Below are positions 28,490 through 41,248 of a DNA stretch of 64,000 nucleotides, piece by piece. Source of the stretch: Octopus bimaculoides (Eukaryota); the NCBI RefSeq assembly GCF_001194135.2, contig NC_069001.1, positions 22,140,269 to 22,204,268 of the forward strand, written 5' to 3'. A program made the position numbers and the translations under genes. Within the stretch, counting starts at the first letter, position 1; each line of letters starts with the position of its first letter. The notes under the pieces were generated by a model. The model had not been told where the DNA came from and made no database searches. It saw only the letters and a program-made list of their open reading frames with translations.

Positions 28490-29524
28490 TGTGTGCGTGT
28501 GTGAGTGTGCGGGCAATGGAAGTGGGATGGTTCATCTTTGTTTGCTTCGTATTTGGGTTTATTTTTTGATTTGGTGGAGTCTTAGCTGGGGGGGGGGGGC
28601 AGGTCATTCTAAAGTTTCTTTTAGCGTAAGCGTGCCCAAACATGTCAAATTCTTACACAGAACAGGTTTTACAGCCACATCATCCAAATCGACCGGGCAA
28701 AACCGGACTTTGCTGCTAGTATATATATATATATTGGTATTTTCGTTGTGTCTTGGGAAGCCATGACGCGAATAGTAATTAATAAAACACGTACAGGTTA
28801 AATTCCACTTCTTCATTGCTAACGAACAAACTAAACTATCTTTTGTCTTAATGAGCTGATTTAAACAAGCCATCGATTGTTGGTTAGTCACTGAAAAGTT
28901 CGCAATCAATTGATTGTTTCAATCAACATATTAAACAAAAGGTCGATTAATAAGTTAGATATTTAACCAAATGACTTACAATAAAGAAATGGAATAGAAC
29001 CAGTACGTGTGTTATTATTATTGGTAATACGACCCTCTCTAGACGTAATAAAATTCTTTTAAACACAAAAATTTACATCAACAATCTTCGGAATCAAATA
29101 CAAAAACAATGTAAATTTGGAACGCCGAAATGAGTTTCATGGTCTATATGAAGTTAAATGTACTTACTTGGCTTTCAAAATAAGCTGTGAAAGAGAATAA
29201 ACGCATGCTACAAAGTTTAATAGTGATAGCTCCTATTTTTCAACATCATCTGATTCCATCATCAACGTTCCATGTTAACTGAATTGTTGTAATTCGTTAT
29301 GGATGAATAAGTGAGAAAATTATTCTTTCTCATATATGTGTGTTAGTGTCTATAAGCATACACACGCGCTTATGTGTACACACAGAAACACCGACACACA
29401 CACATATAAGTATACATATGCATATATGCGTGTGTGTTGTGTGTGTGTGTATGTGTATACCCACATACACGTACACTCACATACATACACACATACCTTC
29501 ACATACACACGTACACACATATCG

Positions 29525-32190
29525 GTAGATCAACCAAGAAATTAACAAAATGACACCAGGCCCCAACCTAGAAAACATCTCCAAACTATGGAAAGAAGAT
29601 TTTGAAAGAAGAACTGAAATCCCTCCAACGCTGGGAAAAAAAAAACGCCACTTAGTTTTCAAACTATGAAACTATCCTTCAGAATACGCTTCCAGGAAGC
29701 CTTTCCTGAAAATAAGAAAATCAAAGCAAAACTCAAACACAGGTTCACACATATCTAAAAAACGTAACCATCTCCCCTACCAAAAGCAAAAAAAAAAAAA
29801 GGAATACAGGATTTAACCTTAACTTCATAACCTACCAGCGAAACAACATCGGGGGTACCCCAACATCAAACAGACAAATAAGAAATCACTACCCGCAGGA
29901 TAGACATTGCAACCTCCCTCCCCATAAGGAGACACCAACATAACTTTTATCTCAACAATCCACTTAAAAACCACACGCGACAAATCCATACCACACGAAA
30001 TAATTACCAATGACGTCCCACTAAACTACTACATCCAAACATGAGATATAAGGACACACTTTTCAATCACCATCCAACATCGAAGATGGGAAACAGAGAC
30101 TCACTATTCAATCCCCATCCATGGACCCGCACCGTAACTCACAACAACAGGGCACCCTAAAACAACAGTGGGCAACTACATAATAGCTACCGTCCCAATC
30201 ACCTGAATCATTTTTTAGACCCAGTACGCAAACACAGGGATACGAGATAACATCAGCAGACAGAATAAACCAAAAATGATTGAAAAATCATCAATCTAAC
30301 CAGCAAAGAACTAACACCAGACCAATTCAGCATACTCCCCAAAGGACTCAAATTTACCCCCACCCCCAATGCCCCAACTACACCGAAATGAAAGACGACG
30401 TTGCAGAACTCTGTAGAAAATTACGACTCGCTGAGGAAATACAACGAGGACGAATCAGTCCGAAATAAAAGTCACTACATCCCATCAAAAGGCAAGAACA
30501 AAATTCCTGACCATTTCTGTAAACATATCACTAATTGCCCATATTAGCATGTACACAAACAAAAATACAAGCCATACTTTAGTCAAAACAATGGGCTGTG
30601 CTGAAAAGATTAAAGGATGATAAAACAATCACATCAAAGAGGCTGACAAAGGAAGTGCAGTAGTCTTAATCGACACTGTATATTATATAAGCTTAGTACT
30701 ATGTATATTAGAAGGCACAAAATATGAAAAGGTACGAAACTACAGTCAGCAGAAAATAATGAGAAACTTAAAAACTATGTTAAACCTATACAGAGAAAGG
30801 GTTCACCGACATGGAATACGATTATATGACTAACTTCAAAAGTAAATCCAGTCAATTCTACGGAATACCTAAGATACACAAAAGTGATAAAATAAGTAAC
30901 GCATGCAGGGGAGCCACAGACATAATATTGAAGCTACCTACTCCTAATAACCACAAATTAAGACTCAATAGCAGGCCCCACATGCGAAACTCACCGCCCG
31001 CCTCAGTAACTTTTTAGATACCCTCTTGAAACCATTCTTCAAGCATATCAAAAGCTATATAAGGGACAATCTGGATATGCTCAATCACCTCTCTGAAACA
31101 ATAAATAAAAAGCACTCTACTAGTATCCTTTAGTGTAGTCAACCTCTTTTCCAATGTCCCTCACAGCCTAGCAATAAAGGCAATCCAATTCTGGCTAGAG
31201 AATTACTCCAATGAACTCCCACACCGCATCAACAAAGAATTCGTAATAGAAGGGCTAAAATCCATCTTGGAGAATAACTTCTTCGTATTTAGTGACAACT
31301 GCTATCAACAGGTATCGGGGACTGTGATGGACACGAGAATGGCTACCTCCTTTGCTAATCTAATCATGGAGTACCTTGACATCAATCTTTATCGTAAGGT
31401 ACAAGAAAAAAAAACCGGAAACCCATTCTTCTTGTACATAGAAAATAACTAGAAAAGATATCTAAATGACTGATTCATTCTTTGGCATGAAACTATAAAG
31501 AGACTTAAAGAATTTCAAGCACTTCTGAATAAACCTCGAGTAGACATTCGATTTACGATGGAATACAGCCACCAACACCTTCCATTCCTCGACAACTTCA
31601 TTAAGAAATTCAACAACAAAACAGAAATAGACATCTACTATAAGCCCACGGACTCCAAGTAATATCTGTCAATCAACTCTTGCCACCCCCGACACACTAG
31701 AATCAATATCCCTTATAACCTGGCAAAAACGATGTGTACTATAGTATCTAATACAAGCACCAGGGACACACGACTACATGAGGTAAAAGATACACTCATC
31801 AGCAGAACTACCCACCATCACTAACTGATATAGTCTTTCAACGTGCCCTACAACACGACATCCCTTTATTCAAAAGGACCATCGAATGGATCAAATCCGC
31901 CAAACGCACACCATTGTAAAGAGCAAAAGACAACTAAGTCAATGAAAAATTTTCTAAAACAGGAACAAGTACACTCGTCAACAACATCGAAACCGACAGT
32001 AAAAAACTGCGGAAGACATAACTGTGGTATATGTGTCAACCTCATTGAAGGATTGGAATTCTCCTTCAAACAGGGTCAACGTTTTACAGTGAAAAACTAC
32101 TTCACGTGTGCTTCAGAAAACCTAATATAAGTATCAACTTCCTCAAGGTGTCGAGAACAATATACTGCTCAAACTAAAAATACGAGAATG
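29525..32190 (+). pseudogene. Penelope-like retroelement (Neptune-type) RT plus start of GIY-YIG, decayed
   Basis: ELCRKLRL; IKEADKGSAVV; FYGIPKIHK; YQQVSGTVM..MATSFANLIM; RYLND (YxDD); LPFLD; YYKPTD; SCHPRH; linker CGRHNCGIC; TCASENLI*V..RCREQY; many stops and frameshifts; 3' truncated. Confidence 0.85.
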
Positions 32191-32499
32191 CAGAAAAGAA
32201 AGGATTAAGCGAGCACATCGATATTTGTGCCACTAACGAACAACCCAGCTTCTATAAATTCAGGGACAAATTACGGCCGTTTCAGGCGGTTCCATTTAAT
32301 CGATGAATGCAAACATTATATCAATTTTGAAATGCACCGCTTTCATCGGACGCATAAGACCATATAAGTTTTCAACAATTGGATACTCCATTATGACTTT
32401 AAAAAAAAATCATCAGAACTAAAGAATAAAAGAATTACATGTTCGTTGCTATTATTGTAGCAGAATAAACTTAGTGAGAAAATACTCCAACTATAATTA

Positions 32500-33960
32500 C
32501 AAGTGACAGAGGAGAATAACAATGGGGGTCAAGAGATGGTAATGTCGCTATATTTATCTTCCTCCTTATCACAATCAAAAGATCTAATGCAGTTAATATT
32601 TTACATCCATTCAGAATTAAAACCATTGGAAATTGACAGTTAAGTTTTTGCTGCTGGTGATTAATTAATTAATGTTAGATACTCTTCTCTACTACTATTT
32701 TAATATGGCTGTAGATTCGCTACGACTTCACAAAAGAACATGTTTCAGAAGATGTCAGGAAGATAAATAGTATATCTACAAAAGAGGTGTAGAGGTGACA
32801 TAAACTGTTTTATTATTATCAGTTAAAAGGGGCCTAACATAGAAAACAAAGAAGGTCACAGTGAGGTCTAATGGCTATTAGGGGTACAGGAGGGAAATGT
32901 ATATCTAAATTTAGCAAAATACTATATTTTATATAATAAATAACATTTTAAAATTTAGAAAAGGATTTAAGGACCAAGTAAGAGAAGGATATATAAACCA
33001 ATTTAAACCCTAAAAATGTAGAGTACTTTTATATGAAATAGAAACCTCATAATGCTTCATCCTAGCATAGTGTTAAGGTGGTCATCATAAACCCATTCAA
33101 CAACGAACCCATAATTAAGTTCAGATTTCATCCGAGAAAGAAGTGCATATTTTCTATTGACTGGAAACCAAGGATTAAAGGCAAACAATGAGATAATTAG
33201 TTCTATAACAGATAAATTTATTTAAGAAACACTGGGAAAATATAATTATATAGAAAATCGACAACATTATGAAAAACAATTAAAGGATATAAGAAGGTAT
33301 AAAAATACGGCATATATAACAAAAATATCATATACATATATGTATATATGAAGAATATATTATAATTATAAAATGTAATTACAAATAAATAAAAAGATAA
33401 ATATCACTACCACATTATTTTAAATTATACCATGATTAACAGTAGAGAGAAGTCACAACCCCACCTCAAGTCATAGAATGCTACACCAGTATATACGAAG
33501 GTAAATAGGTATACAAATTATAATAATATAATATAGTATATAAGAACAAATAAAATACATTAAAAAATAAAATTAAGAAATATTTATATAAAATTTCAAT
33601 AAAGGATTTATAAAATGAAAAAAATAGACATAAGGCTAAAAATAATTTCATTGTTGAAGCCATAAGATGCAGACTGGATATAAGGAGAGATAAAGGATAG
33701 AAAATAAAAATAAGAATAATACAAAATATAAAGAAAGAAAAATAAATAAGTAATAAGGATAGGTCGTGGTATTCTTAACAAAAGCAAATGAAAAATAAAG
33801 ATGAGGATACCATTGGCTGTTGTTTTATAAAATAAGATATAATACTACAGGCACTGATGTATGTAGAATCATATAGTTCATAGGCGGTATAGAGTATACG
33901 TAAGGTAGGCGCAGGATATGGTAATTCATTATAAATATATCTATTTATAACTGATAGGGA
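32500..33960 (+). mobile_element. Possible highly decayed PLE related to the 35230-37230 type
   Basis: Frameshifted traces ITMG-SRDG (about 32517), KYGIYNKN, PLA-CF and FIG; weak. Confidence 0.3.
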
Positions 33961-33998
33961 ATAAAGTCTTAGAACTAAAAGAAAAAAACCAGAGCAGT

Positions 33999-34056
33999 CC
34001 CTAACCCTAACCCTAACCCTAACCCTAACCCTAACCCTAACCCTAACCCTAACCCT
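33999..34056. repeat. Interstitial telomere-type repeat (CCCTAA)9
   Basis: Nine perfect CCCTAA units plus CCCT. Confidence 0.95.
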
Positions 34057-34089
34057 CTTATAACACTGGTAAGGGTTATAAGAGGGTAA

Positions 34090-35226
34090 TTAGGTTGTCG
34101 CACATGAAATGTCGTATTTTAAATGGGTTTGTTATGAGTCATCTATAAATGCTTTTTTAATGAATTTCTATTTATATGCTTGCGTTTATTCTTAACTCTT
34201 TTCCTTTCTGGACAATACTATTATTCAAGATTACTACCCACAGCTCTTATGATAATATTGACAACTGAAGAATACCGAGTTATTTTCTTGAACGAATGAA
34301 ATTTGGGTGTTTTGCCACCGAAGCTCTACGAAATATCAAGCAAGCTTTTGGTAACGATTCATGATGAATTGAAAGCTTTAGTTAAACGAAATCTGAGAAC
34401 AACGGTCCGAAAAATCGGATCAGAGTTCCAGACATCTCCCGCAACTGCTTCTCGTCACTTGAAGAAAAGTGAAAAAGTCAAAAAGATGGATAGGTTTGTT
34501 CCCCATCAACTTAATGCGATTCACAGTAACAGACGCCTTACAGTGTGTTCCATGTTAATTTCTCGGTTTGAAAGAGAACCATTTTTGTATCGATTCATAA
34601 CGTGAGATGAGAAATGGATACTATTTGATAGCAGCAGGTGGACAAGACAGTGGTTTGATGTAGGAGAGTCACCGAAACACTACCCAAAATCACCATTGCA
34701 CCCTAAAAAGTTGATGGTTACTGTGTGGTGGTCAACAAAGGGGGTTAATCATTATTCATAATTGCAACAAGGAAAAACTGTAAGAGCAACATCATATTGT
34801 CAGGAAATAGATTGTATGCATGGAAAATTAAAAAAAAGAAGCAACCCAGATTAATGAACAGAGATGGCCCAATCTTGCTTCATGACAATGCACGGTTCAG
34901 AAGCTGCAAAGCCTGAATTATGAAATTTTGGCACATCCTCCTTATTCTCCTCGCCTACTGATTATCATATATTTAAACACTTCGAGCTTGCTATACGCAA
35001 TAAAACATTCTTAAATAAAGAAGAGGAAACTGAAGCATCCGAAAAGTTATCAGTGTAAAAGAAGACAAATTCTTTGAAGATGGAATATATGCCTTAGAGG
35101 AATGTTGGGTGAAGGTCATAAATGAACAAGGATCATATTTTGATTAAATAAATAAATATTCTAAAACTTTAAAAGCAATTTTAATTTTCCTTTTTGAAAT
35201 GCGACATTTCATGTGAGAAAATCTAA
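34090..35226 (+). mobile_element. mariner transposon, internally deleted, with transposase pseudogene (about 34303-35147)
   Basis: TIRs TTAGGTTGTCGCACATGAAATGTCG / CGACATTTCATGTGAGAAAATCTAA; motifs FVPHQL, T*DEKW, HPKKLMVTVWWS, HDNAR, HPPYSP, GSYFD*. Confidence 0.9.
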
Positions 35227-35229
35227 TAT

Positions 35230-35746
35230 ATAATATATAATTTACTACACTAGAAGGTATGTTAAGAAAGATATGATACCCCAGATAATTTCTACCAACA
35301 AATCATAGTAAAATGAGCATAATAATATTTGTTTCCAAAATATTTAAATCTATGGGTGATACCCTAATCTCTAAACTATTATTCATTAGGTTATCGTTAT
35401 CTGTACTTTAAAATCTCGTAAATTTCCATAGAGCAAAGTTCGTATTTGTATCTGCTATTTTTATATGGTTGCTTTCTGCGTAGTATATCTCATTTAAGGC
35501 TACATCTACTCTTGCTTTCCTCAAGTTTCCAGATTTTACTAGATAAAGATGTACTATTAGCTTCATGTCTAAGTCTAAAAGAAGAAAAATGGTTATTAAG
35601 GCGTTTTTTTTTCATATTTATCGAGCATCCGATATAAATAAAGTTACTAGTTTCAGTCAAAACTGTACATTTGTAAACAACATTTTGGGCTAAACAATGA
35701 CCTAATAACGGGCATTGGGATTTTACCCTACAATTTCAGTCGAAGA

Positions 35747-35796
<50 letters not shown>

Positions 35797-37230
35797 GATA
35801 GAGAGAAGAGTTCTTTACTTTTGCATACGATTGACACAATCCATCACTAAGGTAAACATAGCTGACATAATCCATCACCAAGGCCAACTTAATGACAAAA
35901 CGCGCAACTCGAAAGTTACTTATTTATTAGTGCTTTGAACAATATTTCGGCATCACGCGTGCCTTCAACAGGTCCAAAATAAATGTCAGTCTAATTCATT
36001 CTTTTAGTGTATATAAAGGACTGAAGTAACTCAGCAGAAATATAATAGATAGAGAGAAGCGTTATCAGGTATTGTGTTAATAATACCTGAGTTATTATAT
36101 ACAGCGGTATCATTGTTTTTATTATATATATATAAATTAGTTCTATTGTTCTGGATTCCTACATATCCACTATTATTATCATCATTACAAGGGTTTAAAA
36201 CACTATTGACAATATTAGTATCATTATCAATCCCTCGTGCTAATTTTATATCTATTAAAATGGGCTATAATAGTACCTATATTGGGAAGGGTAGAATTGG
36301 CGATTCTGATTGTCTTACGAGAGAAGACTCTATTGTACTTATGGGTAACTGGGAAGTTTTTTTCTAAAATTGCCATAAACTTATTATATATATTGGCAGA
36401 TATAGCACAGTTAAAAGGAACATTATGCCAGACTACATTATTCTTTCCAAACTTCTTATTTTAATATAGTGGATCCTATCAAATCTATTACCTTTCGAAC
36501 TCTCTGTTTGATTATTAAATACGGTCCCATTATTGGTATTTATGTTATCATTAGAAGTGGACCCATTCAGTACAATCATATCCATACCATTATTATACAT
36601 ATCACTCATCTTACCGACCATAGATTCCATTTTCTTATTGTCATATATCGTGTTCATTGACTAGTAGGTCTATTTGTTTAACTAGGTGGGCTTGTGCTCT
36701 TCTTTTCTCTTATATTTCCATTATAATTCTTAGTAGGTATTTGACTTTCCGAATTAAGGAAAGTAATTTCTTGATTATATCCTGCCTTAGAAAGAGTAGA
36801 GTTATAGTAGTGCGAGGAGTATGAATTAAATATATCCCTATTAACTGATAATTGCATACTTCGTCTCGAAATTCCTTTTGCTACCGATTTTAATATATTA
36901 GAGGGATGATTAAAGGATTTGTTCACATATCTAGTAACTTCATCTCCTTTTCTATAGGGGTAGCATAAGACGGAATTTATATCTAAAGTAGTGCCTAAGA
37001 AGCTAGCTACCTTTGTGCTGTATTCAAACATGAATTTTACGTAAAAGCTTTTCAAGAATTTTCTGATTTCTTGTTCGCATTCTTTCTATGACGGCTCTAC
37101 TATTACTACGCGTCATCCGTATAAAGACTACCCTGCAGTTCAGGAATTTCACTACTAAGGCACTTTCACAGTTAAGCACCAACCAAATTAGTAATCTGGG
37201 TGGAGTCTCTCGAACACTAGCAATATCAAA
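35230..37230 (-). pseudogene. Penelope-like retroelement, RT C-terminal half plus CxC-linker plus C-terminal GIY-YIG, decayed
   Basis: SRDSTQITNLVG; GSLYTDD; FLGTTLD..YPYRK..YVNKSFNHPSNILK; VVWHNVPF..NFPVTHKYNRVFSRKTIRI; *NCRVKSQCPLLGHCLAQNVVYK; YIG..RLNNHFSSF..STSLSSKIWKL. Confidence 0.85.
35809..36045 (-). mobile_element. 237-bp insertion with 14-bp TSD, containing a degenerate hammerhead-like motif
   Basis: TAGATAGAGAGAAG repeated at 35795-35808 and 36046-36059; minus strand CTGTTGA-AGGCA..TGCC-GAAA at about 35936-35978. Confidence 0.5.
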
Positions 37231-37266
<36 letters not shown>

Positions 37267-37276
37267 NNNNNNNNNN

Positions 37277-37316
<40 letters not shown>

Positions 37317-37473
37317 GAAAATAATACAAAATGTATAAATAGACGGTGAGTAAATCAACGGCACAGTGTGGATTACCTGTTATTATCCGTAGATTTATTG
37401 CAAGAAATTCGTAGCGGCGGTTGGGGTAATAATATCAATAAAATAGATGGAATGAATAAAATGTTTTATCAGG

Positions 37474-37513
37474 TACGACATATGTTTCGATCCGTTCTTG
37501 GTTTCTTCAGGTA
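37474..37513 (-). ncRNA. Minimal type I hammerhead ribozyme, stem II imperfect
   Basis: TAC-CTGAAGA-AACCAAGAACGGATC-GAAAC-ATAT-GTC-GTA. Confidence 0.6.
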
Positions 37514-38371
37514 TATCAATAAAAAAGTCTTACGAGAGATATTCTGATTCGGTTTTACGTACCGCTATGTGTCCATCAACTTCGAGAATGAGTAAAAAAC
37601 AGAGAAAAATTGAAACACAAATATGTAGGTGAAAATTATACATTTTGGTTTAGAGGAAATGACGTAATGTGCCTTCGCTGTTGTAACTGTTAAGAGAAAG
37701 AAAAGAATGTAGATTTTGAAAGGAAAATATTGATTTGACGAATTTTTTTTATGTTCGTGCTTCGACGGACACATACGTAGACATATACATATATACAGTC
37801 ACGTATATATATATACGTGCTCACACACGCACATCCAAGTATATGTGCATATACATACAACTAGATACACGCGCATACGCATACGTATGGACGAATACAT
37901 ATATATATATATGTACAGGATCTCATATATGCAGGTACATACGTGAATATATACATACATATACGCAAATAGCATAGATAAATACGTGCATATTTTCATA
38001 CGAAAAGCAAGATACGGACATCTGTGCAAAGTTTGACACACACACATACACGTGTTAATACAGTCACGTATACATGTAAGTAAATATATGCACGAATATA
38101 CATACATATACACATACACACATACACACATATACAAATGTGCATGCATATACACATACCCCCGCGTACACGTATGTACAAATTAACACTAATATATACA
38201 TACATCTACAACAAACGCAAATGCGCACAGATAAATATGTATATATATATATATATATACAAATATACACACATAAACGTACACATATTTGCATATAAAG
38301 ACAAATATACACACACGTACATGTACATATATACATCCGGAAATGCCTCTCTCCATAATGTTAACAAAGCA

Positions 38372-38545
38372 GGGCATTATAAATAAATTCCCTGAACAAT
38401 TACCCAGATGCATACACGCAGCTAAACACACATTCACATATTACAATCCAGACCATACATAACTTGATATATACATGGCGCCCACAATTCTTAATGAACT
38501 TGAGGAACCATATTTGAATAACTTGTATTTGACAATCGATCTTGC
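38372..38545 (+). repeat. Unclassified dispersed repeat, copy 1
   Basis: Reverse complement of 56560-56730 at roughly 80% identity by eye. Confidence 0.65.
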
Positions 38546-39104
38546 NNNNNNNNNNCATATACACATACACACATACACACATATACAAATGTGCATGCAT
38601 ATACACATACCCCCGCGTACACGTATGTACAAATTAACACTAATATATACATACATCTACAACAAACGCAAATGCGCACAGATAAATATGTATATATATA
38701 TATATATATATACAAATATACACACATAAACGTACACATATTTGCATATAAAGACAAATATACACACACGTACATGTACATATATANNNNNNNNNNCGTA
38801 CACATATATGGATCTAGATTGCAAGAAACCAACCAGCCTTAGTTAATCATGTACGCGTTTCGGGATTAGAATGGTATAAAAATTCATTTCCTTCTTCAGC
38901 ATGATATTCTAGATTATAAATTTGAAAATGCTGACAAAGACTATGCATTCTCGATCAGGCGACATCGAACATCACATAAGAGAAACAACATTTCCGAATT
39001 TATATAGACGAGAAAGTTCGCATCCATCGTCAAGATTCACCATGTGCGTCACAAGCAGTACCGCAGAAAATCTTCAGTTTACTATCAGGGAGTGAATAAT
39101 CATT

Positions 39105-39432
39105 ATAGATATAGGTTAAAGAATTATTAATTTATTAATAAATTAATAATTAATAATTTTACCAAGTAGTTCGGTATGGAAAAAAAAACAATATTAGTAA
39201 AAGCTTGTACAAAAAGTTTTTTTAATAATTATAAAAAACCATTATCGGTAAAAACTTATACAAAAAGTTTAATCATAATTATAACTTTTGCCTATGTAAG
39301 TTACGAGTATTGCTATCTGTGGAGGCATATTGTAGTAGAAGATAATGTTTTTTTTTTCCATACCGAACTACTTGGTAAAATTATTAATTATCAATTTATT
39401 AACAAATTAATAATTATTTACCCTATATCTAT
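39105..39432. mobile_element. MITE with about 85-bp TIRs
   Basis: AATAATTTTACCAAGTAGTTCGGTATGGAAAAAAAAA near the left end and its exact inverse near the right end, within longer imperfect arms. Confidence 0.7.
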
Positions 39433-40124
39433 CTATCTATATATATATATATAAAGGCTCTGTTTTTCCGTACTCAAGTTTGCTCTTCTGCTAATAAACA
39501 GCCTCCTTTTGAATATCTACGATCTGAAAAATATCTCAACATTGACTAAAATCTCTTATCTCGGGTGTGTCATGGTTGTTGACGCTCCTGAGTTCATTCA
39601 CCCTTTTACGGGCACTTATTTCCACCCGGCTGTATGTCCAATTTAAGCCTTCTATTCTAACAATTAGGCTTGGTAGGCTTGCAGATTTTGCTACTGAGAC
39701 CTCGTCCATTTGACAGTTTGATTTTGCTTACCAGCCGCTCCAAGAGTAACCTGACATACATACATGCATATATGCATACATACAGAGAAAGGGGACAAGT
39801 ATGGACCGTAAATAAAATTTTTTAAATTCAGTAACCAAATACACTTTCAGCTTCATACATGTCATTATTGGATCAATAGGATACATAACGACCCGTCTGG
39901 AGAACAGTGTGATTGAGCTTTGATCTTGAGGAGAGAATGCTAATCGATACTTCATATGCTACGAATGATCATAATCTTTGGCACTATAAAAATCTGCAAG
40001 ACCTTAAGATTTGAAGAAGATACTTTCCTTCACAACGATGCTACCAAGTAGGTGGCCGGTCAAAATTCACTCTAAAATCAAAAGGGAAAGAGAACACATA
40101 TAACTGCATGCACACGGAAATATA

Positions 40125-40769
40125 CGAGGGTAAGTAAAAAAATTATCCGTACTTTCGCCATAACATATCTTTATTATTGTCATACTGCCTTCTGCATATG
40201 CATGGTTATAGTTGGCACTTTTATGGTTACGTGATCGAAGTTTGAGCCTGATCGAACTATTTTTCTTTCTGGCTTTACAGTTACTCCTCTAGCAATGTGC
40301 ATCAAAGAAGAACAAAGAGCAGTGATCCGAGAGATGGTGATGGTAAACCCCTTCACCATTACCATCTCTCGAGCTTGCTGAATCTTCTCGTCAGTGGTGG
40401 AGGTTGACGGGCATCCTGCTCCCTCTTCGTTCGGCCTCTTTTTAACTTCTCGATCCACTCCTGCACACTTCTGTGCGGCTGTGCACTGACCCCGTATTCT
40501 GCTTAAAGCTTCCGATGAATTTTAGCACCTAACACAACATCCGACCAAAGAAGTCAAATTACTGCTCTTTGTTCTTCTTTGGTGCACATTGCTAGTGTAG
40601 CGGCCATGCTTATACTGTAAAGCTAGAAAAAAAAATGTCGCGATCAGATTTAAACTTTGATCACGTCACCACAATAGCACCAATTATAAGTATGCATGCG
40701 CAGAAGGCAGTGTGACAATAATAAAGATATGTTATGGCGAAAGTGCGGATAACTTTTGACTTCCCTTCG
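40125..40769. mobile_element. Fold-back mariner-derived MITE made of two 5' ends
   Basis: TA|CGAGGG...CCCTTCG|TA; about 200-bp inverted arms; minus strand encodes a mariner N-terminus MAATLAMCTKEEQRAVI..IHRKL..YG..EWIEK..GCPSTSTTDEKIQQAREMV. Confidence 0.85.
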
Positions 40770-41212
40770 TATATTTACGGAGGCAAACGGGAGGAATCGT
40801 TAGTGTAATGGTTAGAATTTCAGCTCTTTGTTTCAGCTTGTTTCAAAAGTTTGTGATTGTTAAATTAAAGGCCAGTATTAGGGTTGCTATTTTTCCTGTT
40901 CACTCTCTCAATCTGTCTCACTATCTCTCTCACGTTCCCTTACATTCAATAACTTTCCATTTATCATTTCCTCACGATTGTACAAATAAATCAAAGGCCC
41001 AAACTTATCACATCAACTTATGCCAATTTGATCTTAGGAATACGATAACATTATTCAAACTTCAGAAACTCAGTCGCTCACACCTTACATAAAACAGTCG
41101 ATTGGTTACTAGTTGAGTGTTATCGTCGTGAACGACGGAGAATCTGCCACACATGCACGCCTCACATACATGCAGGTATGTATGTATGTATGTATGTATG
41201 TATGTGTGTGTA

Positions 41213-41248
<36 letters not shown>

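Noticed and set aside
35736-35738. TGA at the first Cys of the CNC linker motif, suggesting selenocysteine as in some Naiad PLEs
   Set aside because: The same copy has other stops, including TGG to TGA in KW, so decay is the simpler explanation. Naiads also have an N-terminal endonuclease, unlike this element
38100-38786. About 220-bp duplication (38106-38332 and 38556-38786)
   Set aside because: The second copy is a small contig between two 10-N gaps, so it is probably an assembly artefact
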